DNA of 64,000 nt, taken from positions 2,356,001 to 2,420,000 of the forward strand of contig JBLDXI010000029.1 in NCBI GenBank assembly GCA_047495785.1, given 5' to 3'. The translations under genes and the position numbers were made by a program. Below are positions 23,726 to 37,200 of this stretch, piece after piece. Under the pieces are notes generated by a model. It made no database searches. It was not told the origin of the DNA and worked only from the letters and a program-made list of their open reading frames with translations. The first letter of the stretch is position 1. Every line of letters starts with the position of its first letter. The DNA is from Lepidodermella squamata. Its lineage: Eukaryota; Animalia; Gastrotricha.

Positions 23726-26017
23726 TTACTTGCAAACTAGTTCTTCCTGAATGATACCGTTGTGCACTTGGAACAGCACTGTTTCACCTTTCTTGTATCG
23801 AGTTGAGTACTGCGTCAGATATTTCGGTTCGTAATCAGCCGATGGACATTGGAAATCTTGGACACCATAGTGGTTAGAAAGATAGCTAGACGATGTAATT
23901 CTGACTGAAAGAGTACAAAATGCAACTGTGAATAAAAATCCCTGTATATCAGAAACTGAAACTAACCTGATCGAACGAGGCGTCTTGTAAAGAACAAAAC
24001 TTGGTGATTGGAAAAATGCTGGCCATACAGTCTCGCCAATTGCTGCCATTCGGACCCTTCTTCCTTTGATACATCCAACAGTAGACTTGAGCAAAACTGC
24101 CCCTGACCATCGAACAGCCAAAACGAAAGCGACGATATTGCTTGTAATTTAGGCAGAATGATAACTATCGATTGACCACTTTTAACTGCAGCTGGAAATG
24201 TTCGCTTGAATTTCTCGAATAATATTTTTTCGTCGATACCGATAACTTTGGTACCATTTCCGATGGCCGCTATAATCAATGAATATACATAGTTATATTA
24301 TGTATTCCATCGCTTTTGATTAGTAAACGAAATATCGTCGTGCGCCCAGAAAAAAATGGGATGTCCACAAAACTTGTCGAGATTAATCGAAATCCAACTT
24401 TGATAATTTCTACAATCGGAATTACCAGTAAAATTCGTCACTGGGTAATCGACCCCGCTCTTTCGAATGGCGGAGTCTGTTTCCTTATTCGTACGTGTTG
24501 CGCTATAGGTAAAAACGGACGTTGCTTTTTGGTTTTCGCGTAAAATCATGGTTTGCGGGCGCTTCGGGTTCGATTCCTTGCGGCCCCCACAATGCTCGAT
24601 TTTTCAATGTTTATTTTTTATTACATCTTTAGGTAGCCTGATAAACCCATTTGCAATTTTTTTGCTTTTTCGTGAAGTGCCCAGGGCGTTTACGAATGCT
24701 TATCGGCGAGTATCAACTAGGAATCATGGACTTGTGAATTGATATGAGCTATTGCATTTGCTATTATTCCAAAAATAGTCGCCAATAATTTTTACGATGC
24801 ATTCATGTCAGTGAGTGAGCATTATTTTTTCCGTGGACTTGCCTCCACGCTTTGGACTTTGCCCGTCGAAATACTGACCTTGTAAAGCTACGAATCCGTC
24901 AAAAGTCATTTTCGACCGGGTATGAACGTAGCACTTTTTCCGCGCGCAGGACGATATATCTCAACGTGTTTCTGTCGTAATAATTTATCTAGAGACACGC
25001 CTCTTAGAACCGCACTTACCGTAAGAAGATGTCGAGGATGTCCGCTTTGTTTCAGAGTTAGGACTTTGACCAAGCAATTTAAGGTCAACGTCATTGGCGG
25101 TCAAGAACTGGCAGAGCGGTGCCACTTGAACTAATGTCAAGCCATCAATCGTAGCCAAGCCATAGCGAATATATTTCAGAATCTCTTTGATGTCCGGATG
25201 TTTATTCTCCTCCTGCCACTTTTGAACGGCGAACAGTATGTCGATTTCAGCAGCGCTGAATTCATCCTTGCTTATCATGTCGACGAGAGCTGCTTTTGAC
25301 ACGTGAACAATGTCGGGTGATTTGATGATTTCATCGGCATTAGATGTCATGAAATCTCGACAGGCGTCGAGCAGATCGCACCGGTTTAGTAATAGAGCAA
25401 CGTTGAAAATCGGCAACACTGTGTCTTTATCAATCACTTTCTGCAAAGAATACCAGTTGCCTTCAACATTTTTTTATATAATTTGCATCAAAATATAAAA
25501 TCTTTTTCATTTCCCAAATCCTAATAGTTTTCTATGTGTGAACTATCGGCAAGTAAAATGTGATGAAGTTAGATCTTCTCCTGAAAGCTGGCTTAGTTCG
25601 TTTCAATTGAAATCTTACTTCGAGATATCCTTCAATTTCCGCAAGCAAGGCTTCAATGTCGTACTCATGAGCCATTTGATAGATTTCCAGCATCACATCC
25701 AGGTCAAAGTCGTTAACCGCCATTTCACCGGTGTAGAGGTATCGCAAGACGCTTTTCACGACAATTGACTGCTTACCCGGCAGCTTAATTTCGCCGAGTG
25801 TTCCTTCGCGAAATTTCTGCGGAGCCAGCATGGTATCGAAAATTGGCAATTGCGCTGCCAGAATTGCTCTATGGGCTGGGATGCGGGTACCGTCGTCGAG
25901 CAGAAAAACGACATCGCTGTTGGCGGAGCTATCGAAAAGTTTAGCAAAGGCACGAATAATAACATCAACCTGCTTGATAGCTGGGAATTTGCGAAACCAA
26001 GTTTCAGCGGAAGCCAT
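23726..26017 (-). CDS. BTBD9-like protein, copy 7 (the only minus-strand copy)
   Basis: MASAETWFRKFPAI...SDVVFLLDDGTRIPAHRAIL BTB; BACK exon ~25441-25020; discoidin-like exons ~24270-23968 and ~23904-23726; canonical splice sites. Confidence 0.88.
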
Positions 26018-26490
26018 TTGATAGAGCACTCAAATTTTTGACAAATGAATACTTATGGTTAATTGCGAAGAAAGTGTAATTGAGTTAGTTTCTATCTCAA
26101 ACACAAGAAAAAGTGCCGATAACACTAGCTAGATATGAATAAACGCGCAATGGGCGTTGTCCATCAGGCGATAATTAATAATAGACCATTGTCGTTGTAG
26201 AAATACTCATGTATTACTTGCACGGGTGGAGGGTCATTTCGCTCCATTTGCTCATTAGAAAATGCCCCCTCATCAGCATGACAAAAGTTTGTTTCCCATT
26301 TCATGAGAAGCCCGAAAATCCTGTTCCATCGGTCCATAAGCCCCAAGTTCCCCTCAAAAGCCGATAATCCTAAATTCGATTTTACTCAACATCTTTTCAT
26401 AAAAAAGGTCTGGTTACAAGAGAGCAGGATTCCACAGATAAATAGCAATTACAACAGAGTTTACAATAGAAAATTTTCAGCAAGCTAAAA

Positions 26491-29400
26491 TCACGACTGC
26501 TGCTTGGTGCGAGGTACGAGAACCACCGAAAAATCGCCTTCGCTCAACGGAATCGAAATTCGAGCTGCATGCAATATCTAAAATATCGAAACTCAAAATT
26601 AAATAATCAAATTCTTTCAATTTAAACGTACTCTTTGCTCGGCCTCGTAGACTGCGATCATCTCGCGCGTTGTAGCCATCGCCGCATCGCCCGACACGGC
26701 CTGTTTCACATCGACCTTGACTTCATTGCTAGCAATACTACCCTGAGCCTGAGTAACTGGCTTCGTGCTATTATCGCCGCTTATATCGATGACCGGCGCA
26801 ACTGTCGTAGTTTTCGAATCAATCATTTTAGAAACATCGATGCCGAAAAACAGAATGTGGTCGATCGTAACTTCAAAAGGCCATGGCAGAGTCGGAGGGC
26901 GTGGGATATTCGGTTGAAGGTGCATGTGAGGCACCCGGACCGGCTGAAAGGTCACGCGACCTTCAAGGATATAATACTGCGACAGAACGAAGCTCACGTG
27001 AATCGAAGAAGTGTCTAGAAAAATAATTTAAAATTTTTTAAATTCAACACAGGGCGAAAATTGCTCACCATTCACTCCGCCCTCCCAAAAGAAAGATCCC
27101 CGAGCTAAAGGTCGACCTTTGACCCTTCGATGTTCGCACTCTTCAGTGACCAGCAAACTGATATGCATCGCGCCATAATCGACCAAATTCGACTTCCGGC
27201 CCCTCGAATTCGACGGAATCGAGATGTTAAATGTAGCTAAAGCATTTGTATCGATCGGAACAATAGCCCCGCTTCTCATGTAGATAAAATTCTCCGGCGC
27301 TTCACTCGCCACTGATTCAATGGGGCGGAAAATTCTGGCGTCATTTTCAGCGCCTCGACACATGTCGTATTCGGTATTTGAGCGTAAATGAAGCCATTTG
27401 AATCGCGAGACTAATTGAACCCTGGCCTGGGGGTTGACCGCCAATGGCTGGGTGACGATGGGTGCAACAAGGAGCCCCTCACCCAACAGGAAGGTTTGAT
27501 ACTCGTCGATCAACGCAGGATCGGCTGGTGATAGGTGGAACAACGGCTTCCAAAACGGCAATCCATTTTGCGAAAATTCGTATAGTTGAGTATACGTATA
27601 AGGGAGTAGTAATTTTCGGAAATTTAACGAGTGATTAAAAGCTCGGGTGAAAGATGACTCATTAAGCAGGGCGTGATGGCGATGCCGGCCAGTTGGGTTG
27701 TAGTCGTAGCGGATCATCGGCAAGAATGCGGCCAGGTGAGCCCAGGCTGTGCATAATTCCAGACTGCCGGGCCCGTCTTCACCGCAAATCCAGTCGCCTA
27801 CGACTGGGATTCCGAACCAGTTGAATTCGAGTATGGACATGACGCTGGATTTTAGTGATAGCCAGGTTGCGGCTGTTTGGCCTAACCAATGGCCGCCGAT
27901 TTTGCCGTAGCCTGGGAAGGTTGATGATGACATGAATGGAGAGGGGCTTGAGCGTTTCATCAGAGCGTGACGGGCTTGGCCAAGTAATTGAGTCCAGGCT
28001 CTAAAAAATTAACAAGAGTGCAATTTTGGAATCCAGCTCTAAATTTTCCAAGAATTTTGGTTTTCGATTTTTTCGAATTTGAATTTGAATTTCGATTTTA
28101 TATCTAATACCTAGTAACCGATCGATCTCTGCTTACGAGTTCTTCAGCAATTTAGTTTGAGGATCCAACATATCGATTTTCGGTATCGATTTTGAATGAT
28201 TTTTTGATGTCACCAGTCATGGAAGTAAAAACTGAACTTTACAATTTTCACTTTTTTAATATAGGGCAGATCGAGTGCTAAAATACTCAAATTTAGAGCT
28301 GGAACCTCAATTTTAGGCCCAAAAATTTTCCTCTAAATTTTCCTTGAAAAAGAGCTTAAAATTTATGATTTGAAAATTCCAAATTTAATTTGAAAACTAA
28401 ATAAAAAATCCTATTTTATAGGGTAAATTGAGAACTTACTGGCCCATAGACTTGGACATGAGCAGGCCGTAGGCATTATGAATGTCGACGTGAGGCAAAG
28501 AACAGTCGCGATGCAGGGCCATGGCACAAATTGTTGCAAAGCTCAAGGTAGAAGAGGACGTATTTTGAAAATATCCGGCTCCTAAACATTGAAATATTCG
28601 AAAAAATTGAATTAAAAAATTCAAGGCGTCATTCAAACTTGTCGTGTATGGCATCTCGTAGCTTAGGCAATTTGAAGCAGTCAAATTTTTGTCTCGACTA
28701 TTGACATAGGGCTGATTTTCCAGCTGAGAAAAAATCCAAAACATTAATGTTCGTATAATTTCTGAAATTTCGAAATTACCAGTTCCAGGCTGTTGAATTC
28801 GGTCACACGAAATTTCGGGGTCAAAAAGTTGCGCATAACATTGACCGCCTCTTTGGCTAACGGGTCCCAGAAAGCAAACGCTAGTTGAGGACCGCCGAAC
28901 TCGTTGTTCCGGTAAATGTGAAAAGTTTGCTTGACGACATCAGATGGAATAATGCAAGATAGCTGATTGATAGCATTTTCGACAGCTCGACCCATCAGAA
29001 CTTCATTTGGAACCACTCTAGTCAGGGTGCTCACGTGTGGTAACTGAAAATTATTTAAAAAAATTATTTTTGAATTTTCAATGTCGAAAGTTTTGCGAAC
29101 CAAGCTGTATGTAAATTTTTTCATCGCATTTGAAGGCTTTAGGCGCCGCCATTTCGCAACAATTTCGTCGAAGCCGGTTGAGTGATGCTCGTATCGGTGC
29201 TTTTGGTCCTGTTGTTTTATGCATAGAGTTGTCCAAGGAATTCGCGCCGCTTCCCACCCGGTAACAGTCGTGTTCAAATCGGTGAATGAGTCGATGCCAG
29301 ATACGCAGACATGAAGGTCAAGGAACCATCTTGGAGGCAAAGCTGGCCTTCCGATGAGCTTAGAAAAATAAAAAAATCATTCAAACAAAATCGAAATTAA

Positions 29401-32400
29401 AATTTCAAATTGTATCGTCAATGTTCGCCAACTTTAAGAAAAATTATCATTTTGACCTCATATAAACACATTTTTTATTTCCAGGTTGGACAAAATTATT
29501 GTTCCCACAAGTCACCAAACCGCACCTTTCTCGACTTGTTATGCAGCGTAATAACGCAGGGTGTGGCACGGGTTATCTGTTGCACCTTGCGGTGGTGGAA
29601 CAGGCTGTTGCACTAATCTAGCAATCTGCCATATTTGTTTGTTAATTTCTTAACCTTATATTTTGACTTCAAGTTGCATCTATGGCAAACTGATCTTTAG
29701 TTTACCTAATTCTGATGAGTGGGTCAACCTTTTCCGTATGAGGATCGTATGAAGAAAGGTGAGGAAACAGGCCGTGATAATTGAAGTTGTAGAAATTTCA
29801 TAGATTATTTGAAAAAGTCTCATTGCTTAAATTCCTGATTTTTCTTTCCCATAACTTTCAGTGTGTTTTAAATAGTTGAATTTTTGTAAAAATGCCAGTT
29901 AAATCTGAGACTGAGAAGCCATGGGTCAATGCTGACCAAGTAGCAACTGACCACGCGAAAATGATGAACGAGTTTGTGGAAACTTTTGGGCCGCTTCGCA
30001 ACAACGACGTAGGCCTGCCTCTCGCCCTGTTTCACGGCCAGTGGCTACCAGCATTCTTGCCAATCTACTGGCCTCAAATCTACAACTTTCCTGTCAAGCC
30101 TGACGACGTTACTGTGCTGAGTTTCCCGAAAAGCGGAACCCATTGGCTGCACTACATGGTTTATCTGATCACAACAGGAAATTTCGATAGCGCACCGCCG
30201 TCTGATGAGCGAGAACTTCTCGAATTTCCACGGCCGAACGCGCAGGCGGTACTGGAGCGCCTGGCCGCTAAACCTGGGCCGAAGGTGTTGAGCTCGCATT
30301 TGTCTGCTGATCTGTTGCCGAAGAACATTTTCAACGGTAAAGTAATTTACATCTACCGCAACGCAAAGGATGCCTGCGTATCGTTCTACCATCATCTTCG
30401 GGCGATGAGCAATCCTAACTGGCCGTTTAACCTCACTTTCGACGAATTTGCGAGAACTTTCATCGAGGGTAAATTCATGTTTGGACCCTATCCTTCCCAT
30501 GTCGTTGGCTACGAGAAGCTGAAACAGGATGGCAAGGATATTTTGCTTCTTCGATACGAAGATATGAAACAGGTTTGGTAATAGAAAAATATTAGAATTA
30601 AAATGTCCACCTTAATAAATCAGGATCACACTGGGTCAATTCGTAAAATTGCGGCTTTTCTCGGCAAGGATTTGGACGACGCGACGGTTGAGAAGATTCG
30701 CGAGAAGACAACCTTTGCTAGCATGCGCAACAACGATGGCTACAATTGGTCCGAGAGGAAGAAGAGCGGCATGTTTGCGAAAGATGCCGATTTTATTCGC
30801 AAGGGTGAAATAGGCGACTGGCGCAATCACTTCAACGACCCGAAACTGCTGGCAGATTTCGAGGAGTTTATCAAACAAAAATTACCAGCTGACCTTGTCA
30901 TACCTTGCGAATAATCCTAAAATTCTGACTCAAATTACTTTTGTTGTCAATATTATAAATTACGATTATTTCGTTTCACGCACATGGGAATTAAAACAAT
31001 CAAAAATGATGATAAAATCCGATTTTGGCGGTGAATTTCATTTTGGTCGAAATAAAAAGCTGAATAATGAGAAATCAATTATGAGAAGACTTTTATGAAG
31101 AAATCAACACTGTGAAATACTGGATCGAATTAATTCCGAATTAATGGAGGGCTTAAACCATTGGTACTCGGCTACATATTTTTTAAATTATTCCAAAGTG
31201 AGATTTTAAATTATTTTAAATTTAAATTTTAAATTTTAATAAATAATCATACCTGAGTGTACTGTTGAATAACATTGTCTGGTGTTGGGCCAGTAAAAAT
31301 GTACATATCAATGACCCCAGAAATGCCTCGCCAGGCAATTTGCGGGTATGGATTAATCGTGATTTCTGAAAAAATTGACTAATAAAGGGAAAAAATTGAA
31401 ATTTGCCAAAAATCGAACCTGAAGGTGCGGCATTGTAGAAAAGGATTCCATGCGCGAGACCATTCGGGTCAATAACCATAATAAAAGGATGAGCGCCGTA
31501 AAGATTCGATTCCGTCTGTATTTATAAAAAAAATCAGCATTCAGCTTGACAAAAATTCCGAAAATTTTACCATCCAATCAGCGGGCTGATACCGCGAGAA
31601 AATCGTCCAAGTTTGCGCCCTGGTTTTGTCGCTATTCCGCCGGAAAGTTTTATGTCGATGCTCGCCAATTCCGTAAATTCGCGAATCTCTCGCCGCAAGC
31701 CCCGTTATCTGCATGAAATCACTCGTAAAAACCAACCCGCCAACATCTGCATCCCACAATACAGGCGAATTTTGGTAGGTCGTCGCGTCCGGGTCCGGCG
31801 ATCTTGCTACTCGAAACGCGAACGGATTCGCTGTGACCACATCCACCTTATACTTCGTTTTAATCTCAACATCCGAGGCGAATAATTCAGAATTTAACAG
31901 GCCCTCCCGAGTAAAATCGTAAGAAGGCTGGCCGGTATTTGTCGCCGGGGTTTGGTCCTTATCCGGCTTGACGTTAATTCGAACAATCGAGTCTGACAGC
32001 TCGGTAACTGCGAGGCTAATGCCGTCGATCATAGTCCCGAAAACGCCGGCTGGAGTCAAGCGGCGTAGGATGTACTCCGTAGTTCGGCGGGGCGAGTCGA
32101 CAGTTCGAACATCGACCTGTCGATAGCCCAGCGTAGCGGGTGGCATGAAGCAAATCGGCATGCTAGGGTTGGTCCGCGGTCGTTTATAGACACAGCCCCG
32201 TTTTTCGCACGCCAACTTGCTAATATGCCACGTTTCGTCCGGCGATCCGTCCTGTTCCGGGTAGCAATTAACCCGGCGCAGTTCCTCCCGAATCACCGCT
32301 GGGTCGTCCGTGACAGGTGGTTCGATGTAAGTTGAGTTATCGGCGTTTTTGTAGAATAAAAAGTAGTAGCCGGTCGCGCAGGTCGCGGCGAGTGTCAGCG

Positions 32401-32590
32401 CGACTCCGATTGCGGTCAGGGTGACTGCGATGGTGACGGAGCGGCGGTGTTCCGCTTTTCGCCGCCGATCTTCAGCCAAGATTAGGGCCATCTGCGGGTC
32501 GACGCCGAGCAACGGCGGCAACAGGTTGGAATCGCCGTCGAGCGAGTCCATTTGAATGCTCTGGCTGTGTTTTCTAGACAATTTCTTCAT
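26491..32590 (-). CDS. GH31 alpha-glucosidase-like type II membrane protein, copy A (trefoil + GH31 domains; catalytic residues substituted)
   Basis: N-terminal TM (VTIAVTLTAIGVALTLAATCATGYYFLFY); trefoil RVNCYPE...CEKRGC; IYGIGEH; HGILFYN; IHNAYG; SSTFPGYGKIGGHWLG; LLPYTYT; FLLGEGLLVAPI; multi-exon, last exon 26577-26491. Confidence 0.88.
29892..30914 (+). CDS. Cytosolic sulfotransferase (SULT1-like), two exons (29892-30572, 30624-30914), nested antisense in a GH31 intron
   Basis: 5'-PSB loop SFPKSGTHW, SH catalytic His, 3'-PB YIYRNAKDACVSFY, C-terminal RKGEIGDWRNHF; 51-nt GT-AG intron. Confidence 0.93.
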
Positions 32591-34203
32591 TTCAGAAAAT
32601 GTTAACCTGGGAGAAAAAAATTAGTTTGAAAAATCCCAAAAAATCCCGAAAATCCCGCCGTCTTCAGATTAATCAAGGTGTACTATGATTATCGTCGATT
32701 AGGCGAAAACGATGGTGAACCTGCTCATGCCAAGAATAAAGGAATTCGAAGAAATTTCGCGAAAATGCGAAAATCGCCGCAAAATACCAATCATCGGGTT
32801 TTTTCGGGTTTTATGCCAAAATTTTCCCATTTCCCTGGATTAGGTGTTTGAAGCCCTAATAGGAATACTAAAAAGCAAAACTCCTACAACTAAAGATTTG
32901 CGCCAACATTTTAATCAAAGAAACTGATTCTTCAATTTGAAAAAAGATTTTGTGGGGTGGAGCTTAATAGATTTAATACCAATTTTAATATATAAAAATT
33001 TAGCAGAAAAAATTAATGGGGAGGAAATTCTTTCAAACGCTGAGTTGAATATATTTAAGGTTGGTTCTCATTGGCTCAGTCAATAAATGCCCAATAATTT
33101 TTCGATTTTTTTCGCGCGATTAGAAAAATAGCGAAAATTGTCCGCCACCCTAATATTTTTAGGTTATGTAAGGCACATTCATCAGGTATGGGAGTAATCT
33201 GAGAGTTTATCCATTGTTTCAAAATAATGATAATAAGGTCCCACAACGACGAGTATGGGGGTTCCATGGTGGAGAATGGCTTTTTTGTACAAAAAAGTAG
33301 CTAGTGTCAGAAAATTGCAATAAAATTGTTTCCGTGAGAGTTTCTGCTTGGCCTGTCATCTGCGAACAATGAGCGCGAGCGGGCGGACGACAGATATTGT
33401 AAGAACTCGCCCATCGAAATGATAAAGGTATAATGTTATTATTACCATCCAACGCGCGCATCTTTATATCATCAGCACCCATAGCTTCCTGCATACGCCT
33501 ATCTCTATTAAAACGGCGGCTCGTTGAGAAAAGACCAGACCAGACCAGGCTGTGCCTCATCTAAGCCTGGAACGCGCTGTATTAATCGCAACGCTAAATA
33601 TTGACCCGCTTATTTGCCGGCGCGCTTTTATATACCTAATATGTCAACGCGCACTCGTTTTAAGCTGGCTGGGGGTGACAGTGCGTACCTATGCGCGCGA
33701 GCGCGGTTGCCGGCTAAATATGACAATAAAACCCGGTTTATTACTGTTCTGCCCCGGCCCGTCCAGCGCTTCATTGTTCGCACGTGCGTGTAATGCGCGC
33801 AAATCCGGCCAGTACTGCTGCGCTCTTATTTGCAGACACCCCCTGATCAGGTAAGAAACGCTCTCAATCACTTTTTAGCCACAATATCACACTGCCTGTT
33901 CAATCGTGTCATCTTTTATTGTTATCAGCATTTGACATATATCCATCAACAATCCATAGTAATAAAAATCGTCTCACGAGCACAAGCATTGAACAATAGT
34001 AATAATACACTCATGAATGAAGTAATAAGAATAACGTGAAAGCTGTGTCATTTTAGCAGCTATTTTTGAATACCATAACAAGAAAAATCGGTCGATCAAA
34101 GAGAATCATCACAATATTTTTTGTTTCGAATTGCATTTTCAAATTTTAGGCGAAAGCTCAATAATTTTAATATTGCGAAAAATATATGACGATGTTAATT
34201 AAA

Positions 34204-37200
34204 TTAAGCTGGACGCATATTTGTGGGCGGAGGGAGTTGATTAGAGGCGATCAAATCCTGTGAAAAAAATGTGTTAAAATTACATGAAAAATCTAAAAAA
34301 GTCCTTCTTACCTTGATCAAAGGCGTTGCTTGGGAGTTGACCAGCTCCAGTTGCAAGTCGCTGAAACCCATGCGACCAGACAGACGATATTGCACTGTCC
34401 AGTCTGGGCAATAATGCAGGATGCGCTTCAATCGTCCGGCTTGTTGGGGCGTTAAACCAGGGTTATTCGCCTGAGCTTGTTGCGTATTATACCGCTCCGC
34501 CAAATTCACAATTTCCTAACAAAATAGACAGTTATCAGTTATTCCGATAATAAATCATTATCAAGCTTGATTTTGCTGAATAATCTCAGAATTTGACCAA
34601 TTTTCCTCAATTAATTTTCTAATTTTCTCAAGTTTACCCAAGTATCAAGTATGTTAGTCCAACTCAAAAACAATTGAATCCAGTACTTCATTTAAGAATT
34701 TGATTAAGAAAAAATCCCGCGATTTCTGAAGTCAATGCCGTAAATCGACATGAGTTCTAGAATTCGAAATGACCAATCAGCGCCACGGGTAACTTCGCCG
34801 AATCCATTCAAAGCCGAGCCTGTTGATCTTACTCAGCTTATTCAAGCTGCGCCTCGACTAGCCTCGACCCCAGCAACCCCAACAACCTAAGCCGATTATT
34901 TAATTCTGCGGCTCGCAGAATTTTCGGCGTTTCCATCGTGGGTAGCCACTTTTATTTTTCGCAAGCTCTTTCGCAAGAAGAATTCTTATTCTGGGTCTCT
35001 GGGACGAGTACAACGAGCCAGGTAGTTTGGCGAGGAAAGGCAATCAGGCGATGAATGGCCTAGTACCACTCCTACCAGTTCATCAGATCGGCACTGCTTA
35101 CCAACAAATAAAGCTTTCATGCCGATTTACAAAATATTTTTGTCTATTTTAAATCCATTGGTACGTACACGGTCAGCCCTACCGAATTTCGTCGAGGGCT
35201 GGAATAGTTGGATAAATCGTACAGCTCGTGTCGTCCACCTTAACATTTGGTAGTTTTAAACTATCCGGCAATCCCCCGGGATGCCAAGTCTCAAATCTTT
35301 GGCTATGGAGATCAGATGCGGTTTGGCGCGTTTGGAAATTCTGCCTGCCAAGCAGTCGCCAATGCCGTAAAAGACAATTGGTACGAAATTTCCAACAGCG
35401 TCCTCTCACCGCAAAGCCGGAATACCGATTGGGGAATATTGTGTACCAATTGTCGGTTACTGCCGCAACGGTGGCAAAGGCTATCGAAGATATTCCCGTT
35501 GTTGCTGAGTCACCTGTTCGCAAAATTCAGCTATTTTGCAGACAAAAATCTACGCTGAAGGCCCGGATGTCGATGCGGAGACGCTCGGCAGTTATGCTCG
35601 GAAAGCCCGCAATTTTGCACGGAACTTTTCATTATAAATAAAATTTGATTCTCAATTTATATAAACATAGACTTTGCCCCGAAATTTCTACAAAATTGAG
35701 CAAGTAATCCGAAATATCCACAGAAAAAACCCGAAAAAACTCCTAAATATAGTGTGCGCGTCAGGCCCATTCAAAAATTAATGAAAAATTTTACTTTTTC
35801 CATTTTTTTCAATTTTTCACAAGTTTTCAAATACCCTATCGAAGCGCCTTACCTCGAAAAATCGATCAGTCAGCGGGTAGAAGGCCATCAAATCGTGAAA
35901 ATAACGCGAATTTTTCGACTGCATAACCACCTGCCGAAACACAGCCTCAGCCCAATAGTCCACCTTATACGCCTCCGCAATAATCAACGACTCGAACGCA
36001 ACAGACTGCTGAATAATCATATCCCTGATGTGATCCGGGTTCGTCCGGCCGATGATCACCAACGAACTCGGCTGGCGTTGAGACGTCGATAGAGTTTGCC
36101 CATCACCCTGTTGTTGCTGTTGCTGCTGGGCCGCAGCGGCCGCGGCTGCTGTAGAAACAGTGCCTTCGGACAAAAATCGTAATTGCAACGCCAGTAATCT
36201 AGCCTGCCTAATGCAAGAATCGGCCTGATTCGGACACTCAGCCCTGGCAAAACCCTTCGCGGCATCGACCAATTTTTGAGCCAAAAGCGGCAGAGAACTA
36301 CTCGCCTCGGTCGCCCAGGAATTTAGATCAGTCGTATGGGCTAATCTACCCAAATCAGCGACCTGTGACGTCGCGGAGTCATGCAACAACTGGGCGACCT
36401 CTCGCTCCATGCCGTATTGAAGGCAAACGTGGCGGTACAAATCAGGCTGGCCGCTGGTTTGGCCAGACAGCGGCCTTAAAAACTCGAGTAGACTCGTTCG
36501 AAATTGCGCCTCGCAATCAGGCCGTGGTCGCAACTGAAAAACTAGCGGTAACTTCCCGTTTCGGTACAAAATATCGAGAATATACGACATTTCACCGTAA
36601 CGACCAATGTTATGCAGCATTTTGACCAGTAGTTGTAAATGCGAGTCTGAGGTACTGTTCTCGAGCTCTCGGCTCAAAGTTCGAGCTAGATGAAGAGCCG
36701 ACGCGATTCCTTCGACGTTATTAGTCAACGCAAACGCGTTATGGGCATGGACTAGGATATCAACAGCGGCTGATAATTCGTGAAAACCACGGCCGGGTCC
36801 GTTCAGAAGTTGCTGAACCCCCTGGACCAGCTGATTGCCGAGAATCGTTTGATCTGGGCAGAGCTGGAATAACCGATTTGCCATATCGTCCAACCCGACC
36901 GGTCGATCGATGGCCGCGGTTGATACAGCGTCGAAATCTGTGGTCCAATAACGTAGCACGTGTTGGCAGACTAGAACTGCGTAGTCTTCCGGGGCTAGTA
37001 AATCGCCGGATTTCGCCAATTTTCCAATCAAATCCAGCGCGTTGAAGGTAGCTTTTCTCAGCAGCAACTCGCATAGGGTCAAAGCTGGTAGGGTTTCGGC
37101 CTGGGCGTAAGGTATCGAGCATTCGACGGAAATTGAGTAGTAGAGCCGTAGACGGTCGATATGGGCTCGCATTGTTTGGCTTTCAGCAGCCATTCGTTCC

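Noticed and set aside
24548-24592. tRNA-like 3' half (gggttcgattcc...cca) in an intron of BTB copy 7
   Set aside because: Only a B-box/T-arm-like piece; no matching acceptor stem, D-arm or anticodon arm
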